Shown here: positions 35,701 to 47,857 of the stretch, in pieces
Numbering within the stretch: position 1 is the first letter of the stretch
Layout: each line of letters begins with the position of its first letter
Origin: Azolla caroliniana
Taxonomy: Eukaryota > Plantae > Polypodiophyta
Assembly (NCBI GenBank): GCA_043228905.1
Contig: JBHGNT010000015.1
Coordinates: forward strand, 15,376,001-15,440,000
Direction of reading: 5' to 3'
Length of the DNA: 64,000 nucleotides
The notes under the pieces: model-generated
The model's database searches: none
What the model was told of the DNA's origin: nothing
What the model saw: only the letters and a program-made list of their open reading frames with translations
Made by a program: the position numbers and the translations under genes

Positions 35701-38174
35701 AAGAGACTGATGCGGCATTGGGCCACAGACGTCCGAGTGGACTAAATCGAGAGGTCTCGTTTCTCTTGGTGCTGATGTCGGGTGTGATGCGGCTGCTTGT
35801 TTGCCATACTGGCAATGCTCGCAGAATTGATGGTCGGAGAAGGAGAGTTTGGGGATGTATCCGGCTCTAGATAGATGCGTGATGCCGGCCTTGCTGAGGT
35901 GTCCTAATCTTCTGTGCCATAGTGATGACACAGGAATATCCACCAAAAACAGGTTACCCTCTCTGAGCGTAACATGTAACGGATACAGGGAGTGTATCTT
36001 GGGTCCTCTAGCAAGCAGGAGGTTCCCCCTGTGGAGTGTCCACCCTCCCGAAGAAAAACCGGCACGAATGCCGTCTTCATCTAGTTGTCCGACTGAGATC
36101 AATGGCCTTGAGAGCTCGGGTACATGTCGGACATTGTGGAGTACAAGTGTAGAGCCACCTGCAAGGTTGAGCTCTACTGTGCCGATTCCGATGATGTCAC
36201 AGTGTTGTGAGTTGCCGACTCGAACTGAGTCGGAGTGACGGATCGTATATTGCCGAAATTGGGATCTATGAGGAGTCACGTGAAATGACGCGCCCGAATC
36301 CAAGAGCCATGTGCTCGATTCTTCAGTCGTGAGCAGAACTTCGGATCTGACTGGATTTTCGATTGACAGTATATTCGGGTCGTCCGGTAGTACATCAGCC
36401 GAGAAGCTGACGTAATTGATCTCCTCATGCCGGCCACTCTTCTTGTTGTTCTTGTTCTTGAGTGCGCGGCAGTCGGCTTTGATGTGTCCGGGTTTCTTGC
36501 AATAGTTGCAGATTCGGTTATCCCGTGACTGGCTCCGTCTTCGCTGATTGTTCGGCGGCCGTGAGGAATCTCTTCCTCGTATGTTCGATCGGTCTGTCAA
36601 ACCTTGTACTACGTAAGCGTCGTCTGTTGAGTCTTTGGCGAAAGACTTTCTCCGAGCTGCTTCGGTCAGGATTGCGCTCGTGACTTAGGAGTATTTAACA
36701 GCCGTGGTTGACGCGTTGCACACGGTTGTGACGAAAGTTTCCCATGATGAGGGAAGGCTACTCATGAGTATCATTGCTCTGAGTTCATCCTCGATTGCCG
36801 TCCCCTGTGACGAGATTTGGGAGCTTATGCTTTCGTACTCATTGAGGTGTGCTTGGACCGAATCGGATTCTTTCATCCGCAAGTTGTAGAGGCGCCGGAT
36901 CAGAAACATCTTCGTTGCGGCGACCTTCTTTTCGTAAGTGTCCGACAATGTTTTCCACAGTTCGAATGCTGTCGTACACGATTGCACCGTAAAGTATACC
37001 GATTCCGATAGGTGCATCCGAATCGTGGCGCGGACGATTCTGTCCAGCTTCTGCCACTCAATTGGTTTGTATCCTTCTGGAGGTTCTTCATTTTCGATGG
37101 GGTCGATTTGCCCCTTGACTATGAGATAGTCCTGCATTTGTTCCTTCCAGAAGTTGAAGTTCGATCCATCGAACTTTCGTAGACTCATTTCTGACGAGCC
37201 GGATGTTGACGCCATCAAATTTGGTTTCGGTTGACGAAGCTCGGTTCGGAGTTGACTACGAACCTTGGTTGAGTGCAGCCGGTTGGCTCACCCGATATCG
37301 TTCTAGTCGGATTTGAACCCGAGTCGGTTCGGCTTCGGAACTTGCTCGAATTGACTCCGGTAGCTTGAGGGACAGAACCGACTGGTCTTCCCGAATGTTG
37401 CCGAGTCGGAGTGAGCCCGGTTCGTTTCGGATATATATGCCGAATACCGATTATTGAAACCGATTATCTGGACCGATTCTGCTTCGGTTGACTGCAGCAA
37501 CGAGAGAGACGGATCCAACTGATCCTCCCGAATGTCGATCAGCCAGATGAAGCACGAATTTGGGGTTGTTGTCTTGAGACCGATTTGCACCGAGTGGTTA
37601 CAACGAGCAGCGTTTGATTACCTCTTCGGATGCCGTTTAACCGAATGGAGCACGATCGTGTCAATGATGCACAAGGGGATTTCACCTCGAGCGGTTACGA
37701 TCACAAGGAACAGAGTACAACCCGATGGCTTACTCCAAGCAAGAGGATCTAACGCGATGAGGTGCAAACCTCGTTTTTGTTCTTCTTCTCTCTTTCTTCG
37801 AATGACGCGAATACTGTGCAGGCCGTGATGAAGTGAAGAACCGAATGCTGTGCAGGCGGTGATGACGGCCGAACCTCTGCTCTGATACCAGATGTTGGGG
37901 ATGAGGTCGTCTATGCGGAAGATCAAGCAGCATTCGATTGCTGTTGAGTACCTGCGTATAACAGAATCATAGATCGTGCACAGAGAGAGAGAGAGAGAGA
38001 GGCACAAAAGAGTTTCTTATTGCACAACGTAATGATACAACACCCAACCTCACAAAAAGGTTGCAAGGTCACTATATATAGTGACCGACTTAGGGCAACT
38101 ACCCTTTATGCTAATTACATAAATGGCCAAAACGAGATAGTGTGAATACGTCCATTATACACATGTATTCGACA
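32727..38174 (-). mobile_element. Full-length Ty1/copia element C (sister of A) inserted in the LINE endonuclease domain
   Basis: 282-bp LTRs at 32727-33008 and 37893-38174 (no differences seen), TSD ATAAG at 32722-32726 and 38175-38179, PBS at 37879-37890, PPT after 33008. Confidence 0.98.
33202..37218 (-). pseudogene. Copia C Gag-Pol with a single in-frame TAA in gag (36685-36687)
   Basis: ORFs 36685-37218 and 33202-36600 are collinear with element A's polyprotein; TAA replaces the GAA (Glu) of A. Confidence 0.93.
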
Positions 38175-38179
38175 ATAAG

Positions 38180-38574
38180 TATTCTGGATGACCCACACAT
38201 AGGGTTTGAAGGAGTGAGCCCCATAATGCAATACGTTGAGTGGCTTGGTTAAGGGCATAAATCCCAACCACCCACACAACCTCACCAAAAAAAGAGATTT
38301 CTAGAACCAAAAACTGACCATAAGGATCATTATGCACCACTTGAGGATAATATTTATCCCCCACGATTAATACCACACCTGAATAATGATTATTAAGATG
38401 TCCTGCATAGAATGATGAATGTCCACATAAATGAACTGTGGATCCTGCTAACTCATGACACTTATGCTCAACTGCACATAATACATCCCATTCTTTACTT
38501 AACAAAGTTTCCCATAATATATACTTCTTATGAGGAGAACATGCCCCTCTCACATTCCATGTTACCACTTTCAT
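38180..38574 (-). pseudogene. LINE ORF2 5' part: APE-type endonuclease
   Basis: MKVVTWNVRG...AVEHK...SGVVLIV...GIYA. Removing copia C restores GHPEYL|MSDFNMC. Confidence 0.9.
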
Positions 38575-38699
38575 TCAATCAACAGTGTTATGGGTGCACT
38601 CGCTCCTTTAGAGCAATTGATGCCATGAAACTAGTCAAAGAATGCTCCAATGTTGCATATGGATTTTCATGCACCACATCCTTAGGGTTGTCTATCAAA

Positions 38700-39900
38700 C
38701 TCTTTTGTTTAGGTTGTCCTGCTTGACGAAAACCTCGAGAATTCGATGAATTAACAACCCGTCCCAATGAATCAAATTGAAGGTGAAGGGTTTATCCCTT
38801 ATCACTAAATTGTCTTTGCCAAGGAACTTTTCGAGGACCCTCCCTAGTTCCTGAATTTCCTTTCCAAGCAGTCTCACGAGTAGTGGGCAAACTATTATGT
38901 TGCATATTCATTGATTTCCCCTTTGACTTGCCCTTAACATGATGCCAATCCTTTTCAACAAAAACATCACTAGTTCTATCCAACGGGGTTTTCCCCTTAT
39001 CTATAACCACCAAACTTTGTTTTTCCATATCCATAGATTGATTTCCCTTATTCTTAGGGCCCAAACCTTGAAGTGAAACCTCTTTATAACCTACTCTAGA
39101 TGATGTTCCTTCATCCATAACAGCCATAATATCTGACACACCAACATCTCTCCCAACTCCTTCCTTACTATTCCCTTCATTAGGAACCTCTATAGTTGAA
39201 GGACAATGACGATGACATTCCGCCATAAAGTGACCCCATTCACCACATCCAAAACAATGACCTGCAAATGTCTCCCAGTTCAATTTAAAACAAAGTCTTT
39301 TCATACCATGTGTATTCATACGCACCCATCTTGGCCTCTTACGTCTTGTATCCCATAATACAAAATCTGCACTTATTTGTAGCATTTGCATGTGGAGATA
39401 CCAACACTTTACCCATTTGACTCATCAACTCTGGTAAAAGTGGCCATAAAAAAGCATGCTTACAATCCACTGTTACCCAAACAGGGCATTCTTGTTTTAA
39501 CAAAGCATGATAGTCCACAATGGGGGACCATTGCATTACATGCACCAATCGTTTATCAAAAAACACAGGAACTTTAGCCAACAATGCACTTTGATGTTCC
39601 GGTGAACGAAACACTACATCATAAAACCCTCGTGGTCCTACATATATATTTTCAACACAATTTGGTGACACGATTGTGTTCAACCATTGTTTAATCCAAT
39701 TAATGTATGGAGTTTCCCAATCCATTCTTGAGGTGATATCGATCCGGGATAAAAACAATTTTCCATGAACAAGAGAGACAACCGGGACTCACCCGATTGA
39801 AGAGGTAAAAGATGATGAAGACAATAGAAGACCCGTAATGTGTGTTAAGTATGTGCATGCTGATAACACAAGATTCATTATTTCTATCGCTACTTCTCAT
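38700..39900 (-). pseudogene. LINE ORF1 (DUF4283-like region plus CCHC zinc knuckle), frameshifted
   Basis: RGFYDVVFRS...WSP...CPVWVTV and CFGCGEWGHFMAEC; lies upstream of ORF2. Boundaries approximate. Confidence 0.8.
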
Positions 39901-40044
39901 ACAGACCACCAAATTTAATGTGCTATATCTCGTTACGAAGCTCTAATCGAGGGCTTTCTAACGCTTGTCTTTGTGCCCAATTCCGTTGCTGATAGAGAGC
40001 GCAACAACAAAAACGAATTCGCTTCTTCTTCTTCAACAAAAACG

Positions 40045-41540
40045 TTTTTTTTTTTTTCGTAAATCAATGTTTGTTATTAAAACAAAATGATAATACACTC
40101 CTTGCTATCTTCACTACTTCATAAATAGTGATAGTGCAAGGGAAACCCTCTCAAGTGTTGTAAAACTAGATGACATAAGTCTATCTCCTCTTGGGACAAG
40201 ATCCCCATACAACATAGTTGTGAAAATTGCCAAATCAATTTCCCTTTCATCCTACGGATTTGTTGTGTTATTCCATGTTATCAATGCCCAGATTTTTCAC
40301 ATAATCACCCAAATGGCCTTTGAAACCGAACATGTAATGAACCTATGTCTGACATCTTCTTCAAACCGATCATGGGAATGTGTGTCGACACTTAGGTTAC
40401 CCTATTGGTGTTGATATCTCATCATCACAAAGTTTGAATTGGATATCGGGAACCAATTTGGACAAATTTATGTATTGGAAGTCTCAAGCATGCCCGTTTA
40501 GTACTCGTCTCAAAGTGGTACAAGCTACAATGTTTCCAATGATTTCTTATTTTTTGCCATTGTTACCGTGCACAAAGAAATCACTTGATCATTTAGCTCG
40601 TTCACTTAAATATACACTATGGAAGAAAGACACAAACCTTGGTATGAGTTGGGTATCATGGAACAATATTTGTACCCCAAAATGGTTAGGGGGTGCTGCT
40701 TTACTAAATTTAGAAGATCATATGGTGGCTCGAAGATTCAATCTTTTGAAAGGTATGTGCATAGGTACCCAACCTTGGGCAGAAATAATTACTTATTTTG
40801 TGGAAAAGGTTGGTATTTACCATGGGAAAATGAGAATTACAGTTTCGTGGTGGCATGTTGTTAATAGTTCCCGGCAATTTAACTATTCAGAATCTAGTAT
40901 GGTTCAACAATTGGTGCTTTCTTGGCAACGGTGTTTGAAGTTGTTTAATTGGAGGCCTCCTGAGTGCAGAAAAGATATAAATTCATTGGCAGTAGAGGTG
41001 TTAGCAACTTCAAGGATATTACACTGGGAGGGAAAAGAAAGTCTAAATTCACAGTTCAATCGAATGGCAATGCTAGGTTTGATAACTGTAGAAGATGGTA
41101 TTTTAGAGTCACGTAGGAAAATGATGGCCTTTCGGACAATCAGAAATAACTTTCATATACCACGTGGATATGGGTATATTTGGCAATCAATACTGGCATT
41201 GCCTACATTAGTTTTCCCAATTCCAGAGTTGGTGGTCGAGGAACCATGGAAAGATTGGTCATTTGGTAATGGGAAATCGATTTATGTGGTGCACACTAAT
41301 GATGTGTACCATAAGTTGGTTGAAGATAGAGCTTGGTTGGAAAATAAGGTGTTGGATACATGGAGCATAATTTATTAGAAATGTAAAGTGGTGGCGTAGA
41401 GTTTTAGATGTAGGGTGACAGTCTCATCGTCCATTCCGTGCAAAGGTGTTTCTTTGGCGTGCCATAGTTGATGGGTTGCCTTTGGCGATGGCCTTAAAAC
41501 GAAGACATATTTCAAATGGGATATGTTTTTTTGGTACAAA
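40045..41540. mobile_element. 5'-inverted (twin-priming type) LINE insertion with poly(A)
   Basis: 40045-40370 on the minus strand reads RFEEDVRHRFITC...MKGKLIWQF...A13. 40371-41540 on the plus strand reads HLGYPIG...GLPLAMALKRRHISNGICFFGT, the immediately upstream part of ORF2. Confidence 0.85.
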
Positions 41541-41746
41541 AAATCTGTCTCTCTCGCTCTCTCGCTCTCTCTCTCTGTCTCTCTGTCTCTCTCTCTGTCT
41601 CTCTCTCTGTCTCTGTCTTCATGTCTTACGCGTGCGCACATACACACACACACAATCATCTTCCGCTGCACTAAATCTCTCTCGATTCTTTACATGGTAT
41701 CGGAGCGTGTGGTTATCTGATCAAACTCGCTCAATTGTGCTGTGAT

Positions 41747-42268
41747 TAACAATCGACAATGGTTCAATTTAAACCGAACCGAACCGAACCGAACTGCGAA
41801 ACCGTGGTTTAGCGGCTTAACGGTTCAGTTCAGGTTTAGGTTTTTATTAACGGTTCGATTCGGTTTCAATAGTCAAAAACCATGGTTTAAACGGTTTAAC
41901 GGTTTTTTATTTCTTATTTTTTATTTGTATTTTTAAAAATTTAAAAAAAAAAATCTAAAAATTGTTTTTAAACAATATTTTCATTTTTAGACCTTATTCT
42001 CACATTTTAGGAACATCTTAAAAATTTTAAAAATTTTAAAAAATGAAATCTTATAAATTTTAAACAATTAAAAATTTGACCTATGTTGAAAACCGAAACC
42101 GAACCATGAAACCACTGTTTTTACGGTTTAATGGTTTAACGGTTTGAAAAAGTTTCATGGTTTGGTTTGGTTTGGTTCAGGTTTCAAAAAATTTAAACGG
42201 TTTGGTTCCAAACCTATTCCAAACGATTCAGTTTGGACCCTCTCAAACCGAACCGTTGCCGATTGTTA
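41747..42268. mobile_element. hAT-type MITE (522 bp) in the copia B leader
   Basis: TIRs taacaatcgacaatggttc / gaaccgttgccgattgtta; 8-bp TSD gctgtgat / gttgtgat; many subterminal AAACCG/CGGTTT motifs; AT-rich core. Confidence 0.88.
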
Positions 42269-42343
42269 GTTGTGATCATAACATTGATGATCATCAGAAC
42301 CGGTTCAAGCAATAGAGAAGAAATCGAAATCATGAACACTTAG

Positions 42344-45300
42344 ATGGGAAGTGCTCTTCCTATACAGAAGCTCGATCGAACAAACTTCGCATCTTGGGAG
42401 TACAAGATGCATCAATACCTTGTCGGACAAGGCTATTGGAGTTATATTGAAGGTGCCCACGAAACACAATCCAACCCAACACACGTCGACTACCCAAATT
42501 GGGAGTAGGCCACGAGCCGTGTGTTGTACTGTAGTGCCTTACATCATGCGTTCATGATCACATGCTCGGCTACATTCGAGAGTCGAAAACACCGAAAGAG
42601 GCGTGGGGCAATCTCAAGAAGATTTTCGTAGCCAACACGACTGCATGTAAATTCCAACTTCGACAGGATCTAAATAGTATTCAATAGAGGGACATGTCAA
42701 TCGACACCTACACCTTGAAGATCAAGGAGTTGTGCGATGCCCTTAGGTCGATTAATGTCTTCATCGACGATGACGAAATGGTGCAAATATGCCTTGGAGG
42801 CTTGGCACCTCAATTCAACGCAATAAGGTCGGTTGTTCCCGCGAGAGAGAATCCTCCCTCCTTCGATCTCCAGTCGAACAAGGTTGTTAGGTACGTTAGG
42901 TACGGTACGGATACCATACATATATAACGTATTAATACGCATATAGTACCTCCCAATTTAAAAATACGTTAAAAAAATACTTCTAGAATTTGAAAATTAT
43001 TTACCTTTCTAAAAAATATTCATAATATTGTAAAAAGCATCTATGTTTACACAATTTTGTGATGTACATTATAGTTCTACATCCTAAAATGCATATAAGA
43101 CATTTGAAAATTTCACATCCTAAAATACTTTATAATATGGATGTCGACATTCACTTGTTCTATAAATCAAAGTAAGTGAGTATCACGATATTCTACTTCA
43201 AATTGTAATTATTGACGATTATGCCTACATAGATTGAGGAATTGTCTACGATTATCACACTCATTATAGGTTTCTCTCTTCTTTTCTCTCTTATTCATCA
43301 TCATCATCTTCTTCTATCTTCTGTGATTATCACACTCAGAGTCAGGACAGGTTTCTGTCTTCTTTTCTCTCTTTTTCTCCTTCTTCTTCGTCGTCACCTC
43401 TTTTGTTCTTCTTTCTTCCTTCGTTTTCACCAAAATCTTTTTTTCTTTTGCTTTTTGTTGAGGTTTTACTTACATTTTTTTATAAATACGTATTATACCC
43501 ATTTTTTCAAATGTACATTAAATACCGTATTGGACAAATGTACATGATATTTGACCGAACAACATTGAGGTATAGTACATACTATACAAATTAGGAGGTA
43601 CTATACATATTTAAACGTTAAATACGAGTACATAAACAACCATGCAGTCGATACTGCTGGTCGAATAAAATCATGTTCGACAAAGGAACAACTCACATGA
43701 TGGTGAGATGCTCTATTCGAACCTTGATGGAGGAAGAGGACAAGGTCGAGGAAATAGAGGCCAATTCGGACGAGGCCGACACAACCAAGAGCAACCCCGT
43801 GAAAACAACTTCTACTACCGACAAGACGTGTCAAACATGAGAGGCGGAGTGTTCGGAAGAAGGGGGAGCCATCTTGCTGGACCAAGCAATCGTAACAGCC
43901 CGATTGAATGCGAGTACTACGGAAAACTCGGCCACTACGAAGAGGAGTGCCGAAAGAAGAAGAGAGACTCCGCTTCGACTAGTCGACAACTCACGAATAA
44001 CACATCGAATTCCAACTACGACAATCGTAGCGGAATATTCATGATGAGGCATAAAGCACACTCAATGGCGACACAAGATAATGTATGGTTCGTTGACTCG
44101 GGAGCATCCAATCATATGACATCTCATGAAGATTGGTTTCGAGAATTACGAAAGCCCGAACGGCTCGAATATGTCGAAACAGGCGATGGCACGACTCATT
44201 CAATACGGCATATCGGGAACGTCCCATTTGGAAACAACGACAAACAAACCTACCTCAAAAACGTCCTGCATGTCCCAACCATCACGAAAAACCTGGTCTC
44301 GGTCGGCTAGATTGTTGAACAAGGCTTGCAAGTACGATTCAACATTGACGGATGCTTCACTGAAAAAGACAATTGAGTCAAAGCTCACGACCGTCGAGAA
44401 GGCCGAATGTTTATCCTTGAGTCAAGCGAGGTGAAGTCCGCTATGTTTGCTAATGGCATCAAAGTCGAAACTGACTTGAAACTGTGGCACAAGCGAATTC
44501 GCCACATCAACATCCAAAAGCTCCAGAATATGCAATCAAAAGGAGTCGTAATCGGACTCCCGAACTTTACCAAGAAGGAGATTGCAGGCGTATGTGAGGC
44601 ATGCCAGTTCGGAAAACAACGCCGACATCCATTTCCAAAAGAGTGGAATGTGAGCAAAGGGATCCTAGATGTCGTACATTCAGATGTATGGGGTCCGGCA
44701 CAAACAACCACATTCAACGGATGCCGATATTATGTCACGGTCATCGATGACTTCTCCAGTCACACCTGGATCTACCCGATGAAACACAAGATCGAAGTGT
44801 TCAGTCACTTCCAAAGGTTCAAAAACGAAGTCGAAAAGGTTGCAGGCCGGGATGTACAATGTCTTCGATCAAATGGAGGCAAAGAATACTTCTCGGACGA
44901 ATTTACGGCGTATCTCCGAAAGGAAGGAATTCGACGAGAATTCTCATGCCAGCACACACCATAGCAAAATGGCGTAGCTGGGCAAAAAAATCGGCACATA
45001 GTAGAGGTTTCACGGGCGATGATGAATGAGAAGAACCTATTGAAATCATACTGGGCATAAGCAGCTAACACAGTCGTATACCTCATGAACAGGTGTACAA
45101 CCTCAGGGGTACATGACGTAACCCTGTATGAGATGTTTTTCGGAAAGAAGCCGAAGTTATCACATGTGCGTATTTTCGGCTCAATCGCCTATATGCATAT
45201 TCCCGACGAGACGCGACAAAAGCTCGACCTGAAATCGGAGAAATGTATCCTCGTAGGATACTCATTAGAGCAAAAGGGGTACAAGTGCTATAACTCCTCA

Positions 45301-47356
45301 ACTCGAAAAGTTCAAGAAAGTTGAGACATCATTTTCGACGAGTCCGCATCCTGGTACGCACAAGAGACAACTTCGACTCTGATTCTGCTCAACCCGGAAT
45401 CCGCCGAAATAGAGATACAAGCCGAAGATCGGCTCACGCGCATGTTCGAAGAAAGCCCCGATTACAACAAGGCTTAGTGGGCCACAAGAACTCCGAGCGA
45501 TCAAAGTACATCTCGGCTGAGTCCGAAGTTGGACAAAGGGAAGGCGAAAATGCCGGAGTATGAAGACAATCATTTCGACGGCAATTAATCGACTCACTCC
45601 CTCGTTAGTGAGTTCAAAGGCCTCTACATCCGGACAAATGGAGAGAAGAAAGCAAGCTTAGTATCCGCAAACAAGAACCTCCACCAATCCACCTGTGAAA
45701 AGAACCCCGTAAGCTGAGTCGGCTACAGCGATTATATGGCGTACCATTACGCCTTTATGATGAAGGTAGCGACAGTCCAGGAGCCAGAAATGTTTTCCGA
45801 AGCCGCGAAGGACCCCCAGATGGGTTGACACGATGAATGAAGAAATGCAAGCCTTATGCAAAAATGAGACATGGGATCTCATTCCTCAATCTCCGCACAA
45901 GAAATCGATTGGATGCAGATGGATTTACAAAGTGAAACACAATGCCGACGGCTCTGTAAATTGCTTCAAAGCACGACTCATAGCGAAAGGATACGCACAA
46001 ACACATGGAATCGACTACGAAGAGACCTTTGCCCCAGTGGCAAAGATGACAATGGTGCGGACCATGATCGCACTCACTGTAGCGAAAGGGTGGCACCTCC
46101 ACCAAATGAACGTCAAGAACGCCTTTCTTCAAGGTGAATTGGAACAGGAGGTGTACATGGTACAACCACTCGGTTTTGAATTGCGTACTCATCCAAAAGC
46201 CGTGTGCCAGCTCAAGAAGCCGATCTACGGTCTTAAGCAAGCACCGCGTGCTTGGCATTCGAAGATCACGCAGTATCTTCACCAAATCGGATTTCGAATG
46301 TCGAAATCGGACAACTCCCTGTACATCCGAAACGAATCGAACAACCCAAGTTTCATCATCCTATACGTGGATGATTTGGTAATCGAAGGACTAAATCTAG
46401 CCGAAGTCAATACAATGAAATCACTCCTATTAGGCAGATTTGAAAGGAAAGATATGCAGGAGCTCCATTACTTCCTTGGCATCGAAGTAATTCGGACACC
46501 AATCGGGTTCCTGGTCTCTCAACGGCACTATGTTCTCAACTTACTCTACAAGTTCAAAGTGGCCGAGTGCAAACCTATGTCTACTCCTGACCGTAATCTC
46601 AAGCTCGATGTCGATTCCGGCACAACCGAGTGCAAACCAACTCAGTATTGCCAACTAATCAGCAACCTCATCTACCTAACCATCACACGACCTGACCTCA
46701 GCTATTTTGTCGGCCTACTTAGCCAATTCATGCAGAACCTATGAAATCTTCATCTCGATTGCGCTAAGAGGATACTTCGGTATGTCAGTGGTACGATGGA
46801 TTACAACATTATGTACAAGCTGAATACGCTTATTCGACTCGAAGGGTACACATACGCGGATTGGGCTAGATATAAGGACGATAGACAATCGACATCCAGA
46901 TTTGTCTTCTCCCTCGGCAGTGGAGTGATCTCGTGGAGCAACAAGAAGCAATCGACAGTCGCACTGTGGAGCACAGAGGCTGAATACACGGGCACGACAG
47001 TCGCTGCATACGAAGCCGTATGGCTAAAGCGCGTACTAAAGGATCTGAACGTACCCATCAAAGATCTGATTTGCTTATATTGTGACAACATGAGCAGTAT
47101 CTACTTGGTTCACAACCTCGTATTTCACGCGCAGACTAAACACATTGAAGTGCACTACCACTTCATTCGCGAGTGCGTTCAGGCCAGCGAAATCGATCTA
47201 CGACACATCAGTACGCACCTTCAAGTTGTTGATATCTTTACGAAGGCCTTAGGTGTCAACAAGCTTGGGCAATTCGCATCCGACCTTGGTCTCACGATAT
47301 CCTCATTGCCGAGCTTTAGGGGGGAGTACAACAGGCGACACGGAAGCAACCGATAA
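42344..47356 (+). pseudogene. Degenerate copia B gag-pol
   Basis: KLDRTNFASWEYKM (gag), WFVDSGASNH (PR), HSDVWGP...LRSNGGKEY (IN), ILYVDDL (RT), YTYADWA...VVDIFTKAL (RNase H); many stops and frameshifts. Confidence 0.93.
42879..43644. mobile_element. Non-autonomous hAT-type element (766 bp) inside copia B gag
   Basis: TIRs caaggttgtt...gtac / gtac...aacaaccatg; 8-bp TSD cagtcgaa (42871-42878) / cagtcgat (43645-43652). Removal restores SFDLQS|ILLVE. Confidence 0.85.
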
Positions 47357-47580
47357 GTAGCCAACACGGAAGTAGCCGATCAGTTGATTGAAGCCGACCA
47401 GATGATTTGAAGTACAATGGCAACAATCGAGGCGAACAAGGAGCATGAAGCCGAAAAACCGAACAAGAGTTCGGATGAGTAGGATTACGAAAGCCAGAAG
47501 CCGATTCATTCGAATCGAAGTACTCCGAAGACCGAACCAAAACAACTTTTCGACAAATGGAAGTTGTGTTCGAAGGGGCG

Positions 47581-47754
47581 TGTTGAGAGTCGAACTCAAC
47601 TTCCCATAGAGATAGGTTTCAATGTTCACACTAGCTCATGGACACACCAAGCCAGTTTTGTAAATAGTTGAAAGGGCACTTGCCCTAGCCTAGTTGGTAT
47701 TTAAACCAACCCTTTGTAACTTAGTTGTGTTGGAAGTTATATAGAATTTCTTGT

Positions 47755-47790
<36 letters not shown>

Positions 47791-47857
47791 TCTCTCTTAC
47801 ATGCACACACACACACAGTCATCTTCCGTTGCACTAAATCTCTCTCGATTCTTTACA
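47581..47857 (+). repeat. 3' LTR of copia B with an uninterrupted internal (TC)n tract
   Basis: tgttgagag...ctttaca, preceded by PPT gaaggggcg. Confidence 0.92.

Larger units (their letters stand above)
29197..40043 (-). mobile_element. Near full-length L1/Tx1-like LINE inserted in (TC)n, degenerate, interrupted by copia C
   Basis: ORF1 fragments with a CCHC knuckle; ORF2 from MKVVTWNVRG (38574) through RT to zf-RVT (29280). The 3' end joins the GA repeat directly with no poly(A). The 5' boundary is approximate. Confidence 0.92.
29007..47857 (+). mobile_element. Older Ty1/copia element B; its 5' LTR is split by about 12.3 kb of nested insertions
   Basis: 3' LTR at 47581-47857. Its first part matches 29007-29196 and its second part matches about 41546-41694, with the break in the internal (TC)n. 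PBS tggtatcggagc at 41695-41706; probable degenerate TSD gtcgt (29002-29006) / atcat (47858-47862). Confidence 0.9.

Noticed and set aside
36685-36687. Programmed read-through stop in copia C
   Set aside because: It lies mid-gag before the zinc knuckle and sister A has GAA, so it is best read as a point mutation.
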